A stretch of 64,000 bases of DNA. Source: Lepidodermella squamata. Its lineage: Eukaryota > Animalia > Gastrotricha. The translations under genes and the position numbers were made by a program. Where the stretch lies: positions 1,798,001 to 1,862,000 of the forward strand of contig JBLDXI010000001.1 in NCBI GenBank assembly GCA_047495785.1, in the 5' to 3' direction. Position 1 is the stretch's first letter; each line of letters opens with the position of its first letter. The notes under the pieces are model-generated. The model was given only the letters and a program-made list of their open reading frames with translations. It was not told where the DNA came from and searched no databases. Shown piece by piece: positions 1 through 11,105 of the stretch.

Positions 1-322
1 AATAACAAATAATAGAAAATAAGTTGGTTAAATCATGATAAAGCCGGATCTCCAATAGATGAAGAGAATTTTCAAATGAATATCTCAAAATTCCGAAAAT
101 ATCAAGATACTCTGAAAAAGGATTTCTGAGCTGATAGTTCGATTTCGCGATGCCCTTATTGAATTATCAGTTCCAAAGATATCGAGGAATGAACTTCCAG
201 TAACACTCAAAATTTTAAATTAAAATTAAAATTATTTTAAAAATTATTTAAATTTCGAATTTGAATTTGAACTATTTGAATTTTGAATTTTAATTATTTT
301 AAATTTAATTAATTATTTAATC

Positions 323-2576
323 TTAGAACATCATTATTTCAATTTTTTTTATTAAATTACGTCTGCAAACGCCGAAATCTCCAGACCAGTCGAATCGAAC
401 GCAAAAAGCCCGATCTCTCGTGCTAGGGTAGACTTCGTAGTCCGGGTTGCACTTCAACACCGCCATCATGCCGTCAGTCACCGATACACTGAGAATGTCC
501 TGACTTTCCGAAGTCACAAATTTCCCATTCGAAACTGCCGGAAGCAAACATCGCTAAAATGAAAGTCAGATTTTCAATTGAAACTAAAACAAAATCAATC
601 TAGCAAACCGCCGTTGCTGATCCGATCATTGGCATCGGTGGTGGGGCAGTCGAAGGTGCAGGAGCGCCCATTTCTTGAAAAAACACAATGAAATAAACCA
701 GCGATAACGAGATTCAACCGAAACTTACGTCGGCACATGCCAAAAGACCCGGTCCAAATACCGTTGCTGCAATACGCCCTTGCAACGCCTTGATCTATCA
801 CGCAGGTAGAATCACACTGAAGCACGATCAGCGTTCCATCCGGAACGGTTGGGCCCATCACACGTTGGATACTCGAAGCGTTGATGAATACCCCGTTAGG
901 GACATTAGGCAGGGTGCAGTCGCCGAGAATTCGGATACAGGAGCCGAGAGTGGGCGATAAGACACCATCGGAACAAAGCGCGGTCTGCGAGCCACGCGCC
1001 GATGCGTAACCAGGGTTGCAGCGTAAAATGACGGCAGTATCAGGCGCAACCCAGGTAACGGTCAACATTTCGCCTTCGATGGTAAAAAATCGCCCGTAGA
1101 GATCGAACGGCAATGAGCATCTCCGCATAGGTGTGGTGGTTGTAGTTCGCCGGGTTGTTGTAGTTGGGGTAGTTGTAGGGGTAGGTGGGAACGGCCAAAC
1201 TTGAAAGTTTAGGGTTTTAGATCAATGACAACTAAAATAATGTCCATACTTGAGCGGCAAGTTCCGAAGGGAGGTGTCCAAACTCCATTCATGCAAATCG
1301 ACTTTTCCACTCCTTGCAGCGTGTAGCCAACATCGCAGCAGAGCACGGCCATCATGCGATTCGGGACAATGCTGCCTCGAATAGCGTCGCCGGTTTGAGT
1401 CATAAGGCGCCCGTTCGGAAAATCCGGAATTTCACACCAGACAATTGGCGAAGCTGAAAAGAATTGGAAGCATTTATGTGTTATACAAAAATTTTGTTAC
1501 CAACTTCGAATCTGTCCTTCGACACATGCGCCAACTTTATTCGACCAAACGCCGTCGCTGCTACATGTAGCTCGGTCTTGGCCGACGAGAACGTAACCGG
1601 GTTTACAGGTTATTTTGATAACTGCGTACATAGGGGCGATGAAACCGGAGCCTTCTATACCGGGCCCGCCGTTAACCGATACCACTCCATCGCAGACGTA
1701 GGGCACATCGCACTGAGAAAATTGCAAAAAATGCTTAATTTCGATCTAATTCAAATATTTTTACCGATGCAGTGACAGAAGGAACTGATAAAAAAATTAA
1801 AGAAATTAAGACAAATTTGGCTAAAAAAGCGCTTAAATTTTACTTCTAATTGTTGGCGGTGAAAGAATGCATCGGCCAATTCGGTTCGACCACGCGCCAG
1901 AGTCTAAACAGTCGCTCTCCGAATTGCCGGCAATTTCATAGCCAGGGTCGCATGTCAGCTGGATACGCGTTCCGCATTCGACATCGAAATTGAGCAGGGG
2001 AAACGGCGCTCGGTATCTGTCGGCAATCAAATGGCCATTCGTGACGAACGGCACAACGCACTTGAAAATTTCAATTAAATTAAGGCGGAATTTTCAACAA
2101 TATTCGCAATCTACTTTTTGCGGCTGGATGCGAGGCGTAACCGTGCCGAAAAAAGATCCACCGGCTGGGTATTCTGAAAAAAACAATAAATTTCGAAAAG
2201 ATTGCAAGTTCGAAATTTAACCTCGGACGCAATCGCTGAGGGTAGCGGTCCAAGTTCCATCATCGCTGCAGTACGCACGTGATTCGCCTCCTGAGCTAGG
2301 TTTGTAACCGAGTTTGCACGTCACTACAACAAATGATGACGGCCCGACGTAGCGCTCAGTTATCCGTTGGCCAAACACGCTTAGAACTGTTCCCGATGAC
2401 ACATTAGGCAAAGGACACGCGAAAAGCTGTGTTGTAAACTCAATTAAAAATACACTGGTTAGATTATTAGTCCTGTCACCTACATAAGAATTTTGTTGGG
2501 CCGCGGTTTTCGTCAGGAGAAACCCTGACGTTAACAGGGCTGTTAAAATGGCTGGCAACGGGTTAATCGCTGTCAT
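323..2576 (-). CDS. Secreted multi-Sushi/CCP (complement control protein module) protein, >=7 modules with Thr/Pro-rich linkers; 3' end probably outside the window
   Basis: Signal peptide MTAINPLPAILTALLTSGFLL... Seven exon-encoded modules match C-x-x-P-x-V-x-N-G ... C-x-P-G-Y ... C-x-x-G-x-W-x4-5-C (ORFs 2217-2576, 1833-2054, 1497-1727, 1209-1403, two in 595-1128, 323-547), separated by GT-AG introns. The last visible exon ends at a GT donor near 360. Confidence 0.9.
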
Positions 2577-2964
2577 TTTAGCATTCTGGAAATTCAGTCG
2601 CCAAGGGAGGAGACTTTGTACTCGGAAAGAAAAAATGTAGAAAGGATGACGATTACGATGATAAACATCTTAACACTATATCAAATGTCGGCCACTTGGA
2701 GTTGCGCAGGTGACAAAAGCATCGTCGCGAGATGGTGATACATCAAGTGCGGCTTGTAGTAGTAGACGTAGTAGTAGTAGTACTATATAGAACACGTGAG
2801 AAAGTGAAGACAAAACCGTTTTTTTTTATTTCATCACCTGGGCGGTGCATTTCAATCAGCAATTACTCGACAGAAATTTAGGATAGAAAAAATTGCAGCA
2901 AGTTGCGAAAATAATCAAGTTATAATAATTTTTCATCATCAAAAAGCAGTGTTTAAAATGCAGT

Positions 2965-5499
2965 TTAAAGCTGGTTCAAAAACCGGGAAATAATGCCAGA
3001 AATCACGATAAGAACCAGATTTAGGCCGAGAGAGGACGCGGAAGATGCCTTGTAGACGGTTTTCGGGCATGGCTTCGCAGTTGTTACTGGAAGGTCGGGC
3101 GACGCTGCTAGCTTGGCATAAAGCGCCGGTAAATCTTTCGACCAAAACTGAAACAGAAAAAGGGTAAAAGGCTGGCTTTTTAATATTCAATTAACCAACC
3201 TCGCAATCTCGAGCTTTATACGATTTAATCAACTTTTGCTCCTCGCCCGAGTGGATGTCGAATGTATAGCCATACTGCTCGTATTTCGGCCACTCAGCCA
3301 AAGGAACCTGGTTCGGTATTTTATCAGCAACGTTCGGGTCGCTAAATTCAATTTTCTATAAAAAAAATCCGGTTGGGTAAAAGGCCGTCATACCCAAATT
3401 TAGCGAAGTTGGTCCACCATTGGATTGCTCGTTTAGCCACCTTTCGGTCCGCCTCTTGGTAATTAACCTTACTCTTCGGGTCATTTTGGTTCAAAGCATC
3501 GCCGAGAACAAACCTGAAAATCACGGTTTTAATTGACAGTTCAATTTTCAGGTCTAAATCTTACGGCATTTCATCTCCATGGCTGACCCCGTAATACGGT
3601 GGATTCGGCGAAAATTCAGCGCGATGGGAGAAGTAATAGTGGTAGACATTATTTTTGCTAGAATTAGCGAATGCTGTAGCCCAGTCTAGAGCAGGGCAAA
3701 TGATTGCCTCATCTCCGATAACGTCCTTAACCTGCTCAGCGACTAGATCTTTCACCATAACAGGCTGATTATCGAAATCAGGAACGCGCCAGTACTGCAT
3801 TTCGATGGCATCTCGCAGCAATTCTTCGCTTCGAATGCCGTTTGCCGGGTAAAAGACGAAAAGGCTGTCGATCGCACGGCGAAGTAGCGATTGCGTAAAT
3901 TCTTCAAAATTTTCCTCGTGTTTATCCATATTCGGGAAGAGCGAGTTGATCTGCGCGAGAAATTGAATTCCCCAAAAAAATTAAAAAAAATTAACTTACA
4001 AGAGGAATGACTTTCAAGAACATTGAGCCGTCGTCACTATTCGAGCCAACAATTATTGGCACGTCGTTGAAATTTCCTTCTGCGAGCATCTCGCGAGGGC
4101 TTTTCGGTAGAAAATCGCCGTCAACCACCGGCACCCAAGGTATCGACATCAGGCCAGGTGTTACCGTCTTCAAATCCTGCGAATAAATCCAACTTAAAAT
4201 TTGACAAAATTTCTCAGTATTTATATTACGTATTCGATAGCTAGAAATTGAGCTCTGACTATCTTTTTGGCATCACCAGCGCGGAGGCAGTCAAGTTTAG
4301 TTTTGACAGACGTAGTAGGAATAGCCCCCTCGATGCAGGCATCTTTTTTCCCCTTCGCCTGGACGTAGCAAAGGCCAAACGGGGTCAATTTGCTGATGAG
4401 ACTTGGAATGTCCGAAAGGTTCAGACCCTTCGGAAACTTCTCGCGGCACTCAGCCAACGGCCTCATTCCTTTCGACAGCGTTCCCATCAATCGATGAGTT
4501 CGAGTGAGTGCCTCTGATTTCGTCATAGTACCCCAGCTCGAGAAGGCTGAGGCGCTTTCGATGATAGCCCGGTGGAACAGGCCTTTGCTGTAGGGTGACA
4601 GCAGATGAAGGGCCACTGAGACAGCACCTGCACTCTCCCCGGCAATTGTGACCTTATTAGGATCGCCGCCGAATGAGGCGATATTTCTCTGGACCCATTT
4701 CAGAGCTTCAACCTGGTCCCACATACCCTGGTTACCAGGGACCTCATTGGTGCCAAGATAGGCGAAACCAAGTGGTCCAACTCGGTATTGAATGGCGACG
4801 AAAATCACGTTTTGGTGTCCGGCCATAACGGTTCCGTTATAGATGGTCATCGTGGTCATTCCAGTGGCGAAACCTCCGCCGTAAATCCAAACGAAAACTG
4901 AAAAGGAAAAGGAAAAGGAAAATTAACCTTAATTTCAGTGCGTAAGATCCTAACCTGGTAAAGGGTCCGGCTTCGGTTTCACATTCAAAGTGTCATCCAA
5001 ATGCCTCTTCGGTACGAAAACGTTCAGGCTAAGGCAGTCTTCACTATCTGGTACGTCTAGAGCCTATTAAAAATAAGAAATTAAATTTATAAAAAAAAAA
5101 TAAAAAAAATTGTCAACTAACGAAAAGGGCTACAATACCCGATGGGGGTATTTGCGGGCACCGAGCCGGTAATGCAATGGCGTCAAAAGGCTTGTTCGCA
5201 CTTCCTAGTTTCGCCTTTGTTTGAGGCTTGGCGTAACGGCGGAAAACGGGTCGAAAAATGGTACCGCCGTCCACAGGAGCTTCAGCACTGAAATTAAACG
5301 GGATTAGAACTTCAAAATATCGAGACTTTGCAACAAACTAAGGAATTCCAGTGAACTCGTAAACGTCATCATTAGCGTCTTTCACGTTAACATAGTGACC
5401 CCGGATGAATCCAGCAGGTGCAGAAATCGTTGGGGAATAGATCATCTCGCAACTCGTTAGTTCGAGAGCGATACCGAGTAATACCAGGAACCGAATCAT
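2965..5499 (-). CDS. Type-B carboxylesterase/cholinesterase-like protein CE1, catalytically competent, probable GPI anchor
   Basis: Spliced model has signal peptide MIRFLVLLGIAL, SEDCL, GGGF oxyanion loop, GESAG nucleophile, GSNSDDG acid and GVSHGDE His. C-terminus ...KASSASSLGLNLVLIVISGIISRFLNQL* is small residues followed by a hydrophobic tail. Confidence 0.9.
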
Positions 5500-5892
5500 T
5501 CTCGAATAATTCCTAGCTAAAAATTAACACGTCCAAATAAACTAGTCTGCCAACATGAACAACTTACATTCAGTGCTTTCTCTGGACGGGCACACCCTAC
5601 CCATTGCTCCAGTGAGCAAAAAACGGTGGCTAAGAGATAAGATAATGAGGAAAAAATCACCTCTTATGAACTACATGTTGGCCAACTCCAAAGATAATAT
5701 TAACGGACTAGATCAAAATTATGTCAAATAAAAAACGTCAACTTTTTGGCAGTTGAGAGATAATTCATACCAGTTTATTCTATAAAAGATTACAAAAATA
5801 TTTACAACTGAAAGGCGATCGCGTAGTGAGAAAGTGGGAAAATGCTGTAAATTTCGAAGTAACAATTGAAAAATCTAAGCGAATCAGGGATC

Positions 5893-7330
5893 TCAAGTCA
5901 ACTTGTCGTGCGTTTTCTTGTGATGTGATAGGCTTGTTTGAAGTTGAAACGCTTTGCCGCAAGTGTCGCAACGAAATTGCCGCTCTGAGCTGTGGGTGAA
6001 CATATGCTTCTTGAGGTTCCCTGGGCTTGACAGCGTCCGGAAACAGACTTTGCACGTATTGGGCGAGGAAGAAAAGGCGGGGTCCGGCTCCACTTTGTAC
6101 GCAATTGAGTGCGATGGAGCTATAAATAAAGGTCAATTCACGCTTAAAAATGTTGTTAAATTGGCAGTTATTAATAGCGAGGGTCCGGATCAGAAAATTA
6201 TGGGATATATTTGAGCCCATTAACCCTTTCACGGCGGAATTTTTTTTCAGCCAAGCAAAAAAAAATCGAATTTTTTAAATTTCCAGCAAATTAAGGAAGG
6301 AATCGGAAATCGGCAACCACATGCTATTTTAAGGCATGATGCGCATATTTCGCATCAGTTACTGGTTTCACTGAAATTTTCAATCCCGCTATTTTTTCAA
6401 AAATAGATTCATCCGGATGAATTCATAGAAATCGTCAGCCATGCTATTGTGCTGTCAGTTTTTCTTGGAATTTGGAAAAAACTGAATGGGTAGTCAATTA
6501 GACCCTGCCGGACACGTCTGTGAAGTCAGATAGACCAGGAAAAGTACCCAAGACATCGTTTTACTCGATTGAAAAAAATAAGAAAAACGTGCGTCGGTTT
6601 GAAATTTTAAAATTAATCGTATTCCAAGAGGAAAACAGATAACTAAATTTGACTTATGGATTCTTGTAGGCAACATCCGAAAATAGTATTTTGCCAATTA
6701 TCATGGAAAAATTCGTTAAATTGATGGAACTGTGAATTGGCAAAGTCGAAATTCCGAAATCGTCCTTTCCGCCGTGAAAGAGTTAAGGCAATTTTGATTT
6801 TGACCTTTCGCAGTTCGCAGGGCATTCACTGAAACTGAAATGTATTTTTCTCATTTTTTGATGCTAAATCTGTCCAAATTCATTTCAAAACAATGCTCAA
6901 TATAAGCTGAAAACTCCAAGTGCGATTCTACATGAAAATTAGCGTCAAAAATTAATTTATGCTAATCGCCCAAATGCGTTCATGATCGCCAAAAATCAGG
7001 TAAAAATCGTAAAATCACAATAATTTGCAGGTAATTCAGGAATCCCCTTCTTGTTTAGCCCAAAATTAACCGACTCTATGCTTAGCTGCTGTTGCTTGAA
7101 ATCAAACTCACCGGCTTTTTTAGTCCCCTCCTTGAGAGCCTCGTTTTCTAAGAACAGCTTCCGGTTTGCGGCTTCAAGTTCAGCAACTATAAATTATGAT
7201 AGCTATTAATCCAAAAATTCTGAGCTGAAAGGAACAGCCAACTCTTTTTCGAAGCGTCCTGCAATTCTTGCTTCATTCGGTGATATTCAGGCAAAGGGAT
7301 TGTAATGGATGCCGGGTTCAATCGAGCCAT
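5893..7330 (-). CDS. Small coiled-coil + 2x C2H2 zinc-finger protein (ZF1, 3 exons)
   Basis: Exons at ~7330-7243, ~7186-7112 and ~6119-5893 join in frame via GT-AG introns: MARLNP...KKIAELEAANRKLFLENEALKEG...CKVCFRTLSSPGNLKKHMFTH...CDTCGKAFQLQTSLSHHKKTH. Confidence 0.8.
6224..6782. mobile_element. piggyBac-type non-autonomous element (MITE) in ZF1 intron 2
   Basis: TTAA on both sides (6220-6223, 6783-6786). 16-bp terminal inverted repeats ccctttcacggcggaa / ttccgccgtgaaagag (1 mismatch). No transposase ORF. Confidence 0.85.
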
Positions 7331-7474
7331 TGAAATTCGATAGCGTGATCTTATCTTTGATTTAAAAAAAAATTCTATAAGCCAAAATATTGCTGAAAAA
7401 TCAATTTGAGACATGTAAATCAATAGAGAAATTCAGGTGATGTCATTCGTAGTAATATCAAGCAATCATTATTG

Positions 7475-7822
7475 TCATTTGTTGCACCTACGCCGGTGTC
7501 CCATGAGAACAGTGGGTTGGTGGAAGGCCTTGCCGCAATTTTCGCACTTGAAGCGTTTCACAGGATCGTGGATATAGGAATGCTCGACCAGATTAGACTT
7601 CGTTTTGAACTCACGAAAACAAACCGGGCACGTTTTGTCGGACAGTGGCTTGTTAGCTGTAGCATCGAAGGAGTAGGTTGACGAGTTACCTATGGAAATA
7701 ATTGATCTATCACACGGGCTAACTCGCATTGCCAGCCCCTTACCTTGCTCGGCAATCTGTTGTCGTAGTTTTTCGAACTCGGCTTTGCAAGATTGGCAAG
7801 AAGATATGTGAGAGCAGGGCAT
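7475..7822 (-). CDS. CHCC-cap/coiled-coil/C2H2+C2HC zinc-finger mini-protein (ZF2)
   Basis: MPCSHISSCQSC...LRQQIAEQ, then a 54-nt GT-AG intron, then YSF...CPVC..HSYIHDPVKRFKCENC..HRRRC. Confidence 0.85.
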   Translation of the reverse strand: MPCSHISSCQSCKAEFEKLRQQIAEQGKGLAMRVSPCDRSIISIGNSSTYSFDATANKPLSDKTCPVCFREFKTKSNLVEHSYIHDPVKRFKCENCGKAFHQPTVLMGHRRRCNK

Positions 7823-7960
7823 TTCAATAAATCGCTATAAAGACTGAATCTTTAATAGAAAAAAATCTGCCCGATTCCAACATATAGCAAATAAAAAAAA
7901 TATATTAGGTAAAAATGCGATCGTATCAGATTTCACAAATAGTCTTGTTAGGTATTTCCC

Positions 7961-8302
7961 TTAATTGCACCTACGACGATGGCCACTGAGGCCGGTGGGT
8001 TGTTGGAAGGCTTTGCCGCAATTTTCGCATTTGAAGCGTTTAACAGGATCATGGGTATAGGAATGCTCGACCAAATGAGCCTTCGTTTTGAACTCACGAA
8101 AACAAACTTTACAAGTCAAGGCGGACAAAGGTTTGCTGCCCGCTTCATCAAACGCGTATCTCGACGATTTTTCTGCAAAAATTAGAACTTGAACTTCGGA
8201 AATTTGTTTTAGGTTACTGTTACCTAATTCAGCATTTCGATTCAGAATTTTTTCGAATTGAGCTTTGCAAGCCAGACAATTGGAAATATGAGAGCAAGAC
8301 AT
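7961..8302 (-). CDS. CHCC-cap/coiled-coil/zinc-finger mini-protein (ZF3)
   Basis: MSCSHISNCLAC..., 51-nt intron at the same position, finger pair closely similar to ZF2. Confidence 0.85.
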   Translation of the reverse strand: MSCSHISNCLACKAQFEKILNRNAELGNSNLKQISEVQVLIFAEKSSRYAFDEAGSKPLSALTCKVCFREFKTKAHLVEHSYTHDPVKRFKCENCGKAFQQPTGLSGHRRRCN

Positions 8303-8374
8303 TGTAAAAAAATCACTATATAAAACATTAATTATTCAAAAAAAATTATCCAGAAATTTCACAGCATAGTCCGA

Positions 8375-8731
8375 TCAGTTCCCGCATTTTCTTCGATGGG
8401 TGTTGAACCCGCTCGGTTGTTGAAATGTCAAGCCGCAGTTCTCGCACTTGAACTTTCGAACTGGGTCATGAATGTGGGAGTGCTCGGTCAGATAATATTT
8501 CTTCTTGAAGCCACGAAAACAGATCTTGCAAGTAAATTCCGACAAGTCTGAACTATTCTGCGATTCGAACGTGTAATTCGATGAGTGGGCTGTATTCAAG
8601 GTTGAAATTGGCAGCAAATTTAGAATAAAATTTAGAATATTACCTTGTTTCTCAAGTTCTGCAACCCGCTGACGCAGATGGGCGATCTCCCATTGACATT
8701 GTTTACACGCCGAATTATGAGAGTCTGCCAT
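8375..8731 (-). CDS. Coiled-coil/zinc-finger mini-protein (ZF4; first Cys of the cap replaced by Asp)
   Basis: MADSHNSACKQC...LRQRVAELEKQ, 54-nt intron, CKIC..HSHIHDPVRKFKCENC..HRRKC. Confidence 0.85.
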   Translation of the reverse strand: MADSHNSACKQCQWEIAHLRQRVAELEKQGNILNFILNLLPISTLNTAHSSNYTFESQNSSDLSEFTCKICFRGFKKKYYLTEHSHIHDPVRKFKCENCGLTFQQPSGFNTHRRKCGN

Positions 8732-8812
8732 GCAATCTGTTACAATAACCCTAAAACTAATAGATAAACTTTCATTTAGCCTAGTGACCTTGTAGCAAGT
8801 GATATGTAAAAA

Positions 8813-9177
8813 TTAGTCCGATTTGCCGCATCTCTTGAGGTGATGTCTCATGACGCTAGGTTGTTTGAACGCTTTGCCGCAAAATTCACATTTGAAGCGG
8901 CGAATAGCGTCATGGAGGTACGAATGCTGGATCAGGAGACGTTTGCTCTTAAACTCACGAAGGCAAACCTTACACGTTGTCTCGCTGATAGTCGGCTCCG
9001 AGGTTACAGCGAATGAATAACCAGAATTGCTGACTGGAACGTGAATAAGATAAATTGGAAAAAAATTATAAAAAAAGTTGCTTTACCCTGATTCTCCAGC
9101 TCGGTTATTCGTTTTCTTAAGCTTTCGACCTCAATTCTACAGGTTTGACACGTTGAGTTGTGGCTGCACAACATCAT
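8813..9177 (-). CDS. CHCC-cap/coiled-coil/zinc-finger mini-protein (ZF5)
   Basis: MMLCSHNSTCQTC...LRKRITELENQ. A 53-nt GT-AG intron restores frame to SGYSF...CKVCLREFKSKRLLIQHSYLHDAIRRFKCEFCGKAFKQPSVMRHHLKRCGKSD*. This second exon is not in the ORF track. Confidence 0.85.
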
Positions 9178-9243
9178 TAAATGATTCCCAACTACCAATA
9201 GGAAAATAAGACAGCATTTTCGGAGGAATTTAAAACAGGAATG

Positions 9244-9861
9244 TTATTTAAGGTCCAAGCTGGAATCTTTCACTTCAGTTTGATCATTAGGGTCTTCGAA
9301 GTTCATGGAATCTTCCAGGTTTTGAAAAGGCCCAATTGGGTTGTTCCCACAAATCCTTTCATGACACCGTAAGGTTGATGGGTGTCGAAATTTCAGCCCA
9401 CATCGTGAGCATTTAAACCTGCGTTCTGGGTCATGAATAAACGAATGAAGCTTCAAGTTTCTCGTGTTTTTGAACTTCGCCGAGCAAATATTGCAGATGA
9501 CATCGATTGACGCATTTCCACGGCCGCCGCATTTCTGCAGGTGTCTTCGAAGCGAAAAAAGGTGTTTGAAGTGGGCGCCACAGTTCGCACAGTGCTGACG
9601 AGCTGATCCGCTGTCGGAATTTTGGAGAGCAGCTTTGATCGCGATCTGCAAAGGGTTCGAATCATTTTCCAAGATCACAACTTCAGACGAGTTTTCTAGG
9701 GTAGTTGGAACATCCGAAGTTAAGGAATTCAAATAAGGCTGGTAGGATTCAGATCTTTGCATGAGTTCGGCTATTCGAAATTCGAGGCTGGCCAATTTCA
9801 AATTCTTACGTGCATCGGTTAGCCTGCAGACGGCACATGAGGCAATATGGGAGCAAGACAT
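9244..9861 (-). CDS. CHCC-cap/coiled-coil protein with three zinc fingers (ZF6)
   Basis: 205-aa ORF: MSCSHIASCAVC, then fingers CANC..HLQKC, CNIC..HSFIH and CSRC..HERIC. Confidence 0.85.
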   Translation of the reverse strand: MSCSHIASCAVCRLTDARKNLKLASLEFRIAELMQRSESYQPYLNSLTSDVPTTLENSSEVVILENDSNPLQIAIKAALQNSDSGSARQHCANCGAHFKHLFSLRRHLQKCGGRGNASIDVICNICSAKFKNTRNLKLHSFIHDPERRFKCSRCGLKFRHPSTLRCHERICGNNPIGPFQNLEDSMNFEDPNDQTEVKDSSLDLK

Positions 9862-9917
9862 AATAATTCCTATAAATTGAGCGAAAAATCAGAGCTCAGT
9901 CAATTTCATAAAACCAG

Positions 9918-10280
9918 TCATTTGCATTTCATGCGGTGATGTCGCAGAGCAGACGGTTGTTGAAAGGCGGCTCCACATTTTTCGCATTTGAAACGACGTA
10001 CGGGGTCATGAAGTGGCAAATGATCTCTCAAAGTGTTCTTTGACGAAAATTCTCGGAAACAAATTTTACAAGCCAATTCTGACAGATTCGTTTTCGCAGC
10101 ATCGAAGGAATACGCGCTGGAACCCACTGCATAAAAATATTAGGAAGCTGTACTCAAATTAGGATCAATACCTTGGCTTCTAAGTTCAGCGAGCTCATTT
10201 CGCAGCTTTTCAATCTCCAATGCCGTCTGATTAAAGAAAGTTTTGCAGGTCTTACACGATGAGCGATGAGGACAAGACAT
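9918..10280 (-). CDS. CHCC-cap/coiled-coil/zinc-finger mini-protein (ZF7)
   Basis: MSCPHRSSCKTC...LRNELAELRSQ, 45-nt intron, then ORF 9918-10127 with the finger pair. Confidence 0.85.
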
Positions 10281-10389
10281 AATTCCAAGTCAACTCTAGA
10301 GCAACAAATAATGGTATCAAAACTACTATGCCAAACTTTAAAATGTACACAGGCGACTCAAGTAGAGCGAACTGCAAGGGCTTCAACTA

Positions 10390-10555
10390 ATTTTCCAAGG
10401 CCACAACTTCAGATGATTTTTCAGTTGTACTTGGAACCTCTGGAAAGGAATTCAAACAAGGCTGGGAAGATTCAGAACTTCGCATAAGTTCGGCTATTCG
10501 AGCTTCGAGACTCATGTCGAGACTGGCAAACTTCAAATTCTTACGGGCAGCACAT
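10390..10555 (-). pseudogene. Truncated, degenerate copy of the ZF6 5' half
   Basis: Translates ARKNLKFASLDMSLEARIAELMRSSESSQPCLNSFPEVPSTTEKSSEVVALEN*, colinear with ZF6. It has no cap, no in-frame start at the homologous site and no fingers. Confidence 0.7.
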
Positions 10556-10621
10556 TATATTTTCTCAAAACTAAGCGAAAATAGACGAAAAATCAGATCT
10601 CAGTCATTTTAATAAAAATAG

Positions 10622-10999
10622 TCATTTGCATTTCATGCGGTGATGTCGCAGAGCAGACGGTTGTTGAAAGGCGGATCCACATTTCTCGCATTTGAAACGG
10701 CGCACGGGGTCATGAAGCGGCAAATGATCTTTCAAATTTCTCTTCGACGTAAATTCTCGGAAGCAAACGTTACAAGCCAATTCCGACAGCTGCGTTTTAG
10801 TTTCACCGAAGGAGTACGCACTGGAACCAGCTGCATGATAAATATTACGATTTTGTATTCAAGTAAAACTAATTTATCGAGTCTCAATACCTTGGCTCTC
10901 AAGTTCAGCGACCCGATTTCGCAGCTTCGCAATCTCCAATGCCGTTTGATCAAAGACAAGTTTACAGTTCTTACACGATGAGCGATGAGGACAAGACAT
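10622..10999 (-). CDS. CHCC-cap/coiled-coil/zinc-finger mini-protein (ZF8), recent duplicate of ZF7
   Basis: MSCPHRSSCKNC...LRNRVAELESQ, 60-nt intron, then AGSSAYSF...CNVCFREFTSKRNLKDHLPLHDPVRRFKCEKCGSAFQQPSALRHHRMKCK*. Confidence 0.85.
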
Positions 11000-11105
11000 A
11001 ATTCCAAGTCAACTCTAGAGCAACAAATATTGACGGCAAAATTATCATGCGAAATTTTAAAATGTACACAGGCGGCTCAGTTAGGTAAATAGATCAGTCA
11101 GTTCA

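Noticed and set aside
2965-5499. Calling CE1 (or other CEs) acetylcholinesterase/ace
   Set aside because: The omega loop is short and lacks the choline-binding Trp, so orthology cannot be supported.
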